32,000 nt of DNA from positions 660,001-692,000 of the forward strand of contig NZ_JAGIOS010000003.1 of assembly GCF_017876815.1 (NCBI RefSeq). Reading direction: 5' to 3'. Below are positions 7,780-19,445 of the stretch, in pieces (positions within the stretch are counted from its first letter, which is position 1; each line of letters begins with the position of its first letter). This stretch comes from Sinorhizobium meliloti (GTDB lineage: Bacteria > Pseudomonadota > Alphaproteobacteria > Rhizobiales > Rhizobiaceae). Position numbers and translations under genes: made by a program. The notes below the pieces were generated by a model. It was not told where the DNA came from, made no database searches, and saw nothing but the letters and a program-made list of their open reading frames with translations.

Positions 7780-8884
7780 CAGCCTGTCTCCGTCATGAGC
7801 TTCGGCAGCCGCACCAGATCATAGGCGGCGGCCGCGAAGGTGAAGGCCCATCGGACGCGGTCGCGGCCACGGAACTTCGTCTTATCCTGCCCGGCGACGG
7901 TTTTGATCCAGCCGAACGCCCCTCCTCGATGCGCTTGCGGATGCGCAAGCTGACCCGATAGCCGGAATGGCACGTCGTGCGTCCATCAATGGCCGAGCGG
8001 CGACCATTGATGTTCTGCGCCACATGGGGCGTGACCTTCATCGACCGCAAATCTTTTACGAAGTCCTTTGTGTCATAGGCCTTGTCGACACCCAGCGTGA
8101 TCGCTTGTGTCCGCTCAGTGAAGGGCCCGATCATGTGCAACGCCGCGACCCGTTCGGCATACCCGCTGGCCTCTGTCAGATAGGCATCGACCAGCAGGCC
8201 ATGGCGATTTTCCATCAGCCCATGCCCCATGAAGCACAGCTTGGCCTCCTTGCCTTTTCCCTTCCTATAAAGCTTCGCATCCGGATCGGTCGTTGAAGCA
8301 TGCGTCTCGTTGGAGCGTCTCTCGCCATGGAAGTCTGCTTCCTTATTCCGACCGCCCGCATCCGACGGTGGTTCGCCATGATCGCCCCTGGGGCCGTCCT
8401 TCGGCTTGAAGCTCTTGATCGACGCCCAAGCTTCGATCAGCGTGCCATCGACAGAGAAGTGGTCCGTTGACAGCAACCGCTTTACTTTGGGCTGCGAAAG
8501 GATTGCGACCAGGAACTTCGCGGCGATGTCGCCTTCCAGCAACCGGTCGCGGTTCTTCGAAAACACCGAATGGTCCCAAGCTGGATCGTCAATGCCAAGG
8601 CCAACGAACCAGCGGAACAGAAGGTCGTATTCCAGCCGCTCCATCAAAAGCCGCTCAGAGCGGATCGGATAGATGGCTTGCAAAAGCATGGCGCGCAGAA
8701 GCTTCTCAGGCGCGATCGACGGCCGCGTGATCGGTGAATAAAGTGCTGCCAAATCTCGTTCCAGTGAAACGAGCGCTTCGTTCACGATCTGCCGGATAGC
8801 CCGTAGAGGATGATCTTTTCGAACACGATCCTCCAGATCAACATAGCTGAAGAGTTCGCCTGTCCTCACATCGCCGCCGCGCAT
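7779..8884 (-). pseudogene. IS5-family (DUF772 N-terminal domain + DDE) transposase with one frameshift near its 3' end
   Basis: N-terminal blocks: GELFSYVDLEDRVRKDHPLRAIR and LLRAMLLQAIYPIRSERLLMERLEYDLLFRWFVGL. C-terminus: SLRIRKRIEEG, then a frame switch at the C/G run about 7918-7925 into ORF 7779..7973 (AFGWIKTVAGQDKTKFRGRDRVRWAFTFAAAAYDLVRLPKLM), the normal family ending. Confidence 0.8.
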
Positions 8885-9022
8885 CCATCAGCTCCAAATC
8901 GCAGTAAAGCGAGTGAATCACGACCAGAACCTATGCGCCAGGGCCCTTTTTCAACAGCCTGCTAGTAGACCCGTCGCCGGTCCGCTTGACCTTATAGAGC
9001 AGAGAAAACCAATCGTGGACGC

Positions 9023-9679
9023 TCAGTCCCAATTGTTCGAGGTGGGACGCCAGCGTCTTTGCTGGGTCACCGCCCCCGGCGCTGTAACTCGGAAGGGACA
9101 GATTATCGTCGCCCAATGGAAAAAGCGCACCGTGGCGCTCAACACCGCGGCGGCGCCGATCTCTCCGCCCGCTGCAGAGGAATTGGCCTTTGCCGCGACT
9201 CTCGGAGTGAAGTAGCCGCCGCGAGCATAGCCCAGACCATTCAAGCCGCTGCTTTCGAAGGCTGTCACGCGACCGACCATCATGACATGGTCGCCCGCCT
9301 CGATAACATCATGCATCGAACATTCAAACCACGCCGCCACCTGCGCGAATATCGGACAGCCGTTCGGACCCCTCGCCCGGTCGACAGCAGCGAAGCGATC
9401 TTCGGCGGGGCGGGCAAATTTAATGGACACATCCTTCTGCGCCTCTGACAATATGTTGATGGCGAAGTGCTCGGCTGCGGTCATTGCTGGGTAGTCGCGC
9501 GCAGTCTTGGCAAGGCAAACAAGCAGCAGCGGCGGATCCAAGGATACAGATGTAAAGGAGTTGGCAGTGAAACCAACCGGCCTGCCCGCCGGATCGCTGG
9601 CGGTGATGACCGTCACTGCGGTTGGAAACGCTCCAAACGCCTCGCGCAAAGCTCTCGGGTCGAAAACGTCCGCCTTCAT
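9023..9679 (-). CDS. stc4: Flavin reductase-domain protein (stc4-like component of the stachydrine demethylase system) with an unassigned ~55-aa C-terminal tail
   Basis: LREAFGAFPTAVTVITA...GFTANSFTSVSLDPPLLLVCL...FAINILSE...DRF forms a flavin-reductase-like domain of about 160 aa. A strong SD (agggggaa) precedes the ATG. The gene is last in the order Rieske oxygenase, reductase, flavin reductase. Confidence 0.7.
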   Translation of the reverse strand: MKADVFDPRALREAFGAFPTAVTVITASDPAGRPVGFTANSFTSVSLDPPLLLVCLAKTARDYPAMTAAEHFAINILSEAQKDVSIKFARPAEDRFAAVDRARGPNGCPIFAQVAAWFECSMHDVIEAGDHVMMVGRVTAFESSGLNGLGYARGGYFTPRVAAKANSSAAGGEIGAAAVLSATVRFFHWATIICPFRVTAPGAVTQQRRWRPTSNNWD

Positions 9680-9981
9680 GTCATTCCCCCTTTGCGCGCC
9701 AGAAATCTCGCGATCGTTGCGTTAACGGTTTCCGCCGTTAGATTCTCATTTGCCTGGACTGGCGCGGGCCGCCAACGAGAGGGCCTTTCTGTCAACTTGA
9801 GACCTCCAGCACTTCCCTGCGTATTCGAGCGGCCATCGGTAGCCCTCTTCTAGATTACGTATTATGGTATTCCATGATACTAACCTGTCAAGCGGCTCTT
9901 CGCTGTGGGAGCCTCAACTCACCAGCTTCCCGGCAAGTTGTTGTGCCGAGTGTGCCGCAACTGATGGTCCCGATTCAGGAG

Positions 9982-11042
9982 CTATGCCTCGACGCTTACG
10001 CGTCCCAACGGCTTCGAGCAGCAGGCGAGGATATAACCGTCCTCGACATCCTCATCCGTGATGCCGCCATTGTGCACCATGTGGACCTGGCCCTCGGTCT
10101 TGCGCACCTTACAGGTGCCGCAGATCCCCATCGAGCAGCCCGACGGGATCACCAGCCCTGCAGCCTTTGCCGCCGCCAGTATCGTGTCCGTCTCGCTGCA
10201 TCTGGTCGTGACGCCGGAGAGGGCGAAGGCGATCTCGGCATGGTTCTGCTCATCGGGGATCACATCCTCGGGGACGTCTTCGGCATGCCCCGGCTCCGCC
10301 GTGAAGCTCTCCTGATGGTAGCGGCTCATATCGTAGCCAAGTCCGGCAAGCGCCTCGCGGACGGCCCGCATAAAGGGCTCCGGACCGCAGCAGAACACTT
10401 CGCGCTCGAGATAATCCTGCGCCATCAGGCCGAGCATGATCTGATTGAACATGCCCCGGTAGCCGGTCCAGGGCCGGAACGGGTCTGGCTCTTCGACCAC
10501 CCATTTCAGGTCGATGCCGACGATGCGCGACGCCATGAGTTCCATCCTGTCGCGCAGAATGATCTCGGAGGGTCGGCGCGCGCAATTGATGAAGACAATG
10601 TCCGGCTCGCGTCCGGAATCGTAGAGCCAGGTGGTCATCGCCACCATCGGGGTGATGCCCGAGCCGGCCGAGATGAACAGGTATTTATCAGTCGGGTGAT
10701 GCACGATCGAGAATTTTCCCGCCGGCCCGATAGCCCTGATGCGCATGCCCTATGCAGATTGTCCAGCATCCACCGTGTGCCGGTGGACCCGTCCTGCGCT
10801 TTGACCGTGATCGTCAGTGCGGTTGGCCGCGAGGGTGCAGAAGAGATGGTATAGGTGCGATAGAGCGGTCCGCCCGGCGCGGGCAGTTCCAGAGTGACGA
10901 ACTGCCCCGGATCATGGTTGAACAGCGCCCCGGAAGGACTTTGAAAGCTGAAGGTCACCACATTGGGAGCTTCCGGCGTGCGCGTGACGCATTCAAGCGG
11001 CTCGGCATCACTCCAGAAACTGAGCTGCTTGAACTGGGTCAT
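9982..11042 (-). pseudogene. stc3: Ferredoxin-NAD(P) reductase-type FAD/NAD-binding + plant-type [2Fe-2S] reductase (stc3/GbcB-like), interrupted by a frameshift
   Basis: The N-terminal part starts at ATG 11042 (MTQFKQLSFWSDAEPLECV...RTYTISS...GSTGTRWMLDNLH) in the frame of ORF 10635..11216. The remainder is ORF 9982..10746 (MRIRAIGPAGKF...ISAGSGITP...CCGP...CSMGICGTCKVRK...ACC). The frames differ by 1 nt, with the switch at about 10744-10752. The repaired length of ~353 aa is normal for the family. Confidence 0.8.
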
Positions 11043-11046
11043 CTGC

Positions 11047-12312
<1,266 letters not shown>

Positions 12313-12371
12313 TCAGATCAATCATGCTTGCAAACCGGACCGTCTGGCAATAGCGTTAAATTTCACTTTGG

Positions 12372-12386
12372 ATTAGCTGAAATAAT
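12372..12386. promoter_or_regulatory. Candidate LysR box (T-N11-A with ATTA/TAAT arms) in the divergent stc2/lysR intergenic region
   Basis: ATTAgctgaaaTAAT lies about 45 bp upstream of the regulator start and about 90 bp from stc2. This is a pattern match only. Confidence 0.2.
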
Positions 12387-12432
12387 CTCAAAGCCTACCC
12401 ACTCCTGCGGGAGAACATATAACGGGACCCTT

Positions 12433-13311
12433 ATGCCACGCCCTTATGAATTCTCTTCGATGACCGCCCTCGTCTGCTTCGAGGCGGCGGCGCGAAATGC
12501 GAGCTTCAAGAAAGCCGCTCAAGAGCTGAATGTGACGCCAGCGGCCATCAGCCACCAGATCAAGGCACTGGAGATGGACCTCAAATGCAGCCTGTTCCTG
12601 CGCCACCACCGCGGTGTCGAACTGACCGAGAAGGGAGCGCTCCTCTTCGTGGTCATTCAACGCGGCTTCGAGGCTATCTCGGAAACTCTTACCCAGATCC
12701 GCGAGCGCCCCGAAACCGTCGACGTGACCATCGGCGCGACTACGGCGTTCAGTTCACTCTGGCTGACCCCGAAGATTTCGGCCTTCTGGAAGATCCATCC
12801 CTCCATCACCGTGTCACAGGTCGTCAGTGATGTGCCTGGAATGACCAGCCGTTGCGATCTGACTATCCATTACGGCAACCCGCAGGAGAACGGCGTAGAA
12901 TACAGGAAACTCTTTCAGGACCACATTATCGCGCTGGGAACGACACGATTTGCCGCCGAGCACCGCATTGCCCGGCTCGAGGATCTGCTCAAAGCACCCT
13001 TGATCCATTCCAGCAGCAACGAGACCGGTTGGACGGCCTGGGACGATTGGTTTGCCGTACTCGGATGTCCGGCCCCGAAGGGCCGCAGTTTTTACGTCAA
13101 CAATTACATGATCGCACTTCAGGCGGCTCAAGACGATGTCGGGGCCGTACTTGGGTGGGACGGGCTCGTCGGGAGCCTCGTCAACGAAGGGCGGCTAGTC
13201 AAGCTCGTGCAAGAAAGCATTCCCTCACCTGTCGGCTTTCATCTGAGGATCCATTCGCGCGCAACGGCAAAGGCGCGGCTGTTCGCCGACTGGCTAGTCG
13301 AAGCCACCTAA
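12433..13311 (+). CDS. LysR-family (GcvA-like) transcriptional regulator, divergent from the stc2 operon
   Basis: The N-terminal HTH reads TALVCFEAAARNASFKKAAQELNVTPAAISHQIKALEMDLKCSLFLRHHRGVELTEKG, followed by a LysR substrate-binding domain. ATG 12433 gives the usual spacing before the HTH. The track start at 12259 is an upstream alternative. Confidence 0.85.
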   Translation: MPRPYEFSSMTALVCFEAAARNASFKKAAQELNVTPAAISHQIKALEMDLKCSLFLRHHRGVELTEKGALLFVVIQRGFEAISETLTQIRERPETVDVTIGATTAFSSLWLTPKISAFWKIHPSITVSQVVSDVPGMTSRCDLTIHYGNPQENGVEYRKLFQDHIIALGTTRFAAEHRIARLEDLLKAPLIHSSSNETGWTAWDDWFAVLGCPAPKGRSFYVNNYMIALQAAQDDVGAVLGWDGLVGSLVNEGRLVKLVQESIPSPVGFHLRIHSRATAKARLFADWLVEAT

Positions 13312-13382
13312 GGCGCTCGGCATCTGCCCTGATGCGGACGGCGTCGCTGTCATGAAAACTCGGCATTCCCGACGGTGACCAA

Positions 13383-13670
13383 TGGGGATGAACAGAGTTG
13401 TCGGATGGCGGCGGCGTACAGGGTTGGTGGAGATCGACATCTCGATGGTCGGCAATGGCGCGTGGCGGGACAATTCATCGAGCGGCTCTGGCGTGCGATC
13501 AAATACGAGGAGGTCTATACCACGCCTACAAAACCGTGCCCGAAGCCCTAGCTGGCATCGGCCGCTATCTCACCTTCTACAATTGCCGACACCCACATTC
13601 ATCCCTTGACCGGCAGACGCCGGATCAAGCTTACTTCAACACGCTGACGCCGATGATGGCGGCAGCATAA
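13383..13670 (+). pseudogene. C-terminal remnant of an IS3-family OrfB transposase (frameshifted, internally deleted)
   Basis: The blocks are spread over frames: GNGAWRDN, FIERLWRAIKYEEVY and HAYKTVPEALAGIGRYLTFYNCRHPHSSLDRQTPDQAYFN, which is the conserved end of IS3-family integrase-type transposases. No catalytic core lies upstream. Confidence 0.7.
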
Positions 13671-13902
13671 TCGAGGCGGAAATCCACCTAGAGAAACGCC
13701 CCAAACTGTTCAGACAAACCGCGCCACCTCTGTAGGCCTGCTGATGTCGTGGCGTGTTTGCCGTGCTCGTCCACGCCGTGTGGAGTAGCATCTTCTTGGG
13801 TCAGGTCTCGCCAGTCGATCATTGAATTTTCCTCCTTTGGTGACCTACCCGCTTGCGATCGGTACCTCTCGCCTCACGGTATCAGCCGAAATCAGCCGAA
13901 CT

Positions 13903-14352
13903 TCAGGCCGATCTTACCGCTTGCAGAGACGGGGAGAGGTTTGCCGCCGATTTCTTTCCCAGGCCGGTCGCGCGTGCGAGCTCGGATCGCTTTCTGGCAT
14001 AGTTCGGAGCTACCATCGGGTAGTCGGCCGGGAGCTTCCACTTTTCTCGATACTGCTCCGGCGTGAGTGCGTATTTTGCCATCAAGTGTCGCTTCAGAGA
14101 TTTGAAGCTCTTGCCGTCCTCAAGGCAGACGATGAAGTCGTCGGTCACAGACTTCTTGATCGGCACAGCGGGGCGTTGCTCCTCGACTGTGGCCGGAGTT
14201 TTCGTTGGTTCAGAAGCCTTACCCAGCGAGCCGTAGGTTTGCTGAATAAGATGGGGGAGTTCGCTGGGAGCAATGACATTGCGGCTCAAGTAAGCGGACA
14301 CGATGCGGCTGGTGAGCTCAAGCCTTAGTTCGTTTGAGTGCGATTCCGTCAA
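13903..14352 (-). CDS. Ros/MucR-family transcriptional regulator paralogue with a non-canonical zinc-finger
   Basis: [20 protein letters not shown]...[72 protein letters not shown] aligns along the whole length with Ros/MucR. The likely start is TTG 14352 (MTESHS...), preceded by ggagaag. The track start at 14367 is also TTG. Confidence 0.85.
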   Translation of the reverse strand: [149 protein letters not shown]

Positions 14353-14659
14353 TGATCTTCTCCACAAGCTGTTACAAATTGAGATCGAGCATGCAACCTG
14401 CAGATATTTCGGTCGGAAGGAAGGCAGTGTACGAGAAAGGCAAGACTTATCGACAGGTTCTGCCGCCCTCAGTATCGTCTCTTCAATCTCTGGTTTCGGG
14501 GAGGCACGGTGATACGAAGTCGTTGATGACTCTAGCGCAGTTCGAGATTACGTCGCCTCCTCGGTGCGCCAGGAAGCTGGCCACTTTTGTCAAGCGAAGC
14601 GAGAAATTGACCCCGCCCAACCAGCCTCGGGGTTTCATGCATCTCTTGCCTCCGGCCGG

Positions 14660-15103
14660 CGAATGTTGATCGAGATCAGTTCGGCTTTGTTCTGAACGAG
14701 CAGAACATCGGAATGCCGATGTCATACTGCTTGGTCGCGCCAAATGACGGCGTTTTCGTCGGTTGCATTCACCTTGGAATACTTCACCGTCCAACGCGCA
14801 TCGCGATCCTTCTGCGCGAGCTTGGCGGGCTTGTCTTTGGCGGCCGGTACCTTCTCGGACAGGGAAAGGCCTGGCAACCGCATGAGCGACAGCCGGTCCT
14901 GGATGACGGACTCAGCCTAGTCGTCGGAGAGATTCTAGAGCTCCTGAAGCATCCGGATCTGGAACATCAGCACCGCTGGAAAACGGCGGACGCCCGCCCT
15001 TCGATCCGTCGGAGCGCTTCAGCGCTTTGGCCAAAGGCTTCTCGAACACAGGCCACGGGAGGATTCCGTTGACCTTGTCAAGCGGACCGCCAACCGCACT
15101 CAA
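14660..15103 (-). pseudogene. Degenerate IS5-family transposase remnant (stops, frameshifts, internal deletion)
   Basis: The minus strand reads LSAVGGPLDKVNGILPWPVFEKPLAKALKRSDGSKGGRPPF, then (other frame) AVLMFQIRMLQEL*NLSDDQAE..DRLSLMR..GLSLSEKVP...KDRDARWTVKYSK. These are the typical N-terminal blocks of IS5-group transposases. Confidence 0.55.
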
Positions 15104-15354
15104 CCGCAGAGACGCGTCCGGACAATGATCAGAAAGAGGATCACAAGTGGAGGCTGGCGGCCCGGTTTCGCCGCCGCCAACGTGGTCAAGCTATTAATCG
15201 CGATGGCGGATTCGGCCATCGGTCCAACCGACTACTTGTTCGCAATGCCAAACCGATATGGCGTAATCGTGATCGGCAATCCCAGCATGCGACCGGCCTG
15301 TCCCGTTGCGAATCAATGCTTGACACTCAGCCGGGGCATATCTCAGCCACGGAG

Positions 15355-15381
15355 CTAGCACTCTCGCGTGAAGAGTGCTAA
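15355..15381 (+). promoter_or_regulatory. CIRCE operator (HrcA binding site) upstream of groES
   Basis: CTAGCACTC-tcgcgtgaa-GAGTGCTAA matches the consensus TTAGCACTC-N9-GAGTGCTAA at 17 of 18 positions, with perfect dyad arms of 8 bp. It lies 57 bp before the groES ATG. Confidence 0.9.
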
Positions 15382-15437
15382 CAACCACCACCGGGTCGTT
15401 CAAATATCCGCAGTGTCAATGATCGAGGGATTAAACA

Positions 15438-15734
15438 ATGGCAAGCACCAATTTCCGTCCGCTGCACGACCGCGTTGTCGTCCGCCGCGTCGAGTCTGAA
15501 GAAAAGACCAAGGGCGGCATCATCATTCCGGACACCGCTAAGGAAAAGCCGCAGGAAGGCGAAATCGTGGCTGTCGGTTCGGGTGCCCGTGACGAAAGCG
15601 GCAAGGTTGTTCCGCTCGACGTCAAGGCTGGCGACCGCATCCTGTTCGGCAAGTGGTCCGGCACCGAAGTCAAGATCAACGGCGAAGACCTTCTGATCAT
15701 GAAGGAAGCCGACATCATGGGTGTCATCGGCTGA
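15438..15734 (+). CDS. groES: Co-chaperonin GroES
   Basis: 98 aa: [42 protein letters not shown]...[11 protein letters not shown] gaggga. Confidence 0.97.
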   Translation: MASTNFRPLHDRVVVRRVESEEKTKGGIIIPDTAKEKPQEGEIVAVGSGARDESGKVVPLDVKAGDRILFGKWSGTEVKINGEDLLIMKEADIMGVIG

Positions 15735-15768
15735 TCGGCCGGCAACCCTTCAAACTTCCGCAATTTGA

Positions 15769-17448
<1,680 letters not shown>

Positions 17449-17486
17449 TAAGGCGACAGCCTTAGCACGATCCATCCGGATCCGAA

Positions 17487-17512
17487 GGGCGGCGCTCGGG
17501 CCGCCCTTTTTT
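17487..17512 (+). terminator. Rho-independent terminator of groESL
   Basis: GGGCGGC-gctcgg-GCCGCCC followed by TTTTTT, about 40 bp after the groEL stop. Confidence 0.8.
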
Positions 17513-18306
17513 GTACGCAACAAAGAGACGCGAGCGATCTCGTTGAGACAGGTCGATCCGACGCTGCATCATACGGTCTGCTGGCCACCTTCGTGGATGT
17601 GAATCTCTGGCATGATGATAGCCGGGCGGGCCGTCAGCCTGCCCGGCGGCCGGCTGTCGGATCGTCACCTTCCAAGCCGCAGGCGCCGTGGGGGAGCGGC
17701 ACCACAGCCGGATCTTCGTCTGACCCGTGCGGTTGCCGGAACTTTGAGGCTTGTATCCAAGACAGGAGCGATGACGCGAGGTCCAGGGAAGGGAAGGATC
17801 ATCAATATGAAGGCAGGGTACAACCGAAACTCTGAAGCAGGAATCTTCTAGACTCCAGCTTCGAGTTGCGAGGGGGGCGTTATGCCGAACGCGATATCTG
17901 TTCCAAATCCTAAGGGAGGTCTCGCGCGGTCAAGACGCTGATAAGCCATCGAGGCACGAAGCCGGCTGTTACTCTCGTCGCAAGGAGCCGCGTATCCGGC
18001 AGAATGGAAAGCGGTCCTTTCGACGGAAGGTACAAGCCTCCCCAAGCGTTGGCGAATACTCCTCAGATTGTACAATTACTCCGGGTGATTTGTTTGAGGT
18101 ATATCTTCGAAATCGTTGACGATGAGGGGCAGAGTCGCGCGTATGTCGCCTCACACATGTATCGCAAAGCAGATAAACTGATCGTGCTTCATCGAGGTGC
18201 GGAAGTCGGCATCGACATATGTCGGATTTGCGACTGGTGCGCAGTCGACGAGGACGAAGCGCAACGGGCGGGGACCGCCCAAACTGGTTGGCTGCATGAT
18301 TGTTGA

Positions 18307-18512
18307 AGTGCGCCCAGCACGCGTTCAGTATGGAATCCGTCCTTCGATGGGATTGCAGCTGCCAATGCGCAATCTTGTGCTACGCCCCCCTCGGCAAGCT
18401 CAAACACGATCACTGGCCAGGCCTCCGTGATCGATAGAGACACATTAGAAGTCGCAGGCAACCGTGTGGGCTGCACGGTGTAGATGCGCCGGAAAGTTGG
18501 CAAAAATGCTTA
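18307..18512 (+). pseudogene. Thermonuclease (staphylococcal nuclease/SNase-like) gene, 5' part; frameshifted and cut by an IS insertion
   Basis: Frame A reads ...IAAANAQSCATPPSASSNTITGQASVIDRDTLEVAGNRV. After a 1-nt frame switch near 18468-18472 it reads LHGVDAPESWQKC (the SNase ViDGDT...RL.GiDAPE motif). The IS starts at 18513. The start codon was not identified. Confidence 0.6.
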
Positions 18513-19445
18513 GAGTCGGACTCGAAAAGGTTTCAACGATATCCATATCTTGCAAGGCGTCTGGTGAGCATGCGGATGTGAGCGATGGTGATCCACGCTT
18601 CTGCTGAAGCGACGGATTTTTCGAAGTCCTTGGCCAGTCTGCGGCATCGACCCAGCCAGGCGAAGGTCCGCTCGACGACCCAGCGGCGCGGCAGGATTTC
18701 AAAACCCTTGGCCTTGTCGGAACGTTTGATGATTTCGAGTGTCCATTTCCCGATTTTCTGCAGCCGCTTTTTGAGCTTGTCGCCCGCATAGCCGCCATCA
18801 GCGAAGACATGAAGCAACCACGGCCACCGGTTTTTGATGGATTTCAGGAGATCGGGAGCGCCGTCGCGATCCTGAATATCGGCGCTGTGCACCATGAGGC
18901 CGACCATCAGCCCGAGCGTGTCGACAATGATGTGGCGCTTGCGGCCCTTAATCTTCTTGCCTGCATCAAAGCCACGGATACCGCCGCTTTCCGTCGTTTT
19001 AACGCTTTGGCTGTCGATCGCGCCCGCTGTCGGCGAGGCTTCTTTCCCCTCCAATTCCCGCGCCTCCATGACGAGGTGATGGTTGATCCGTGGCCAAAGA
19101 CCCATTGCCCGCCATTCATAGAAATATCGCTGCACCGTCGAACAGGGCGGAAAGTCCTTCGGCAGCATCCGCCACTGGCAGCCTGTCGAAGCGATATAGA
19201 GAAGGGCGTTTAAAACATCGCGCAAATCAGTCTTGCGCGGACGACCCAGACGCCGTGGCGCAGGCATGAACGGTGCAACAAAATCCCATTCGCGATCCGT
19301 GACATCGCTTGCATATCCGCTCGTCCGCCGGACATAATTGCGCCGGGTGGTTTCAGTCCAGGCCATCGTGATCTCCATCGAATCTTTGCAAATCCGACGG
19401 AATCACAACTGGCTGAAATCACTCAATTCTTTTTGAGGCAGCCTC
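18513..19445 (-). mobile_element. Complete IS5-family (IS427-like group) insertion sequence, 933 bp
   Basis: Imperfect terminal inverted repeats: GAGTCGGACTCGAAAAGG (18513-) against the reverse complement of the 19445 end, GAGGCTGCCTCAAAAAGA (about 16 of 25 positions). TTA(G) sits on both flanks (18510-18512 and 19446-19448). A single intact transposase ORF fills the element. Confidence 0.7.
18533..19366 (-). CDS. IS5-family (IS427-like) DDE transposase, intact
   Basis: MAWTETTRRNYVRR..YASDVTDREWDFVAPFMP...GRPRKTDLRDVLNALLYIASTGCQWRMLPKDFPP..TVQRYFYEWR...DSQSVKT...GKKIKGRKRHIIVDT...ADGGYAG...VERTFAWLGRCRRLAKDFE. ATG 19366 is preceded by ggaga. The alternative ATG at 19378 adds 4 aa. Confidence 0.9.
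   Translation of the reverse strand: MAWTETTRRNYVRRTSGYASDVTDREWDFVAPFMPAPRRLGRPRKTDLRDVLNALLYIASTGCQWRMLPKDFPPCSTVQRYFYEWRAMGLWPRINHHLVMEARELEGKEASPTAGAIDSQSVKTTESGGIRGFDAGKKIKGRKRHIIVDTLGLMVGLMVHSADIQDRDGAPDLLKSIKNRWPWLLHVFADGGYAGDKLKKRLQKIGKWTLEIIKRSDKAKGFEILPRRWVVERTFAWLGRCRRLAKDFEKSVASAEAWITIAHIRMLTRRLARYGYR

Larger units (their letters stand above)
7419..8961 (-). mobile_element. Complete IS5-family insertion sequence (1543 bp) with terminal inverted repeats and a CTAG target duplication
   Basis: CAGGCCGTTGAAGAAG (7419-7434) matches the reverse complement of 8946-8961 (CAGGCTGTTGAAAAAG) at 14 of 16 positions. CTAG flanks both ends (7415-7418 and 8962-8965). The element carries a DDE transposase plus a second ORF. 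Confidence 0.75.

Noticed and set aside
13749-14328. Plus-strand ORFs 13749..14066 and 13822..14328
   Set aside because: They are antisense to the full-length Ros/MucR homologue, with no motifs.
15319-15343. Possible groES promoter (CTTGAC ... CATATC / GGGCATAT)
   Set aside because: The spacing between the -35-like hexamer and any -10-like or sigma-32 -10-like element is only 9-12 nt, too short for a standard sigma-70 or sigma-32 promoter. It is therefore not annotated as a feature.
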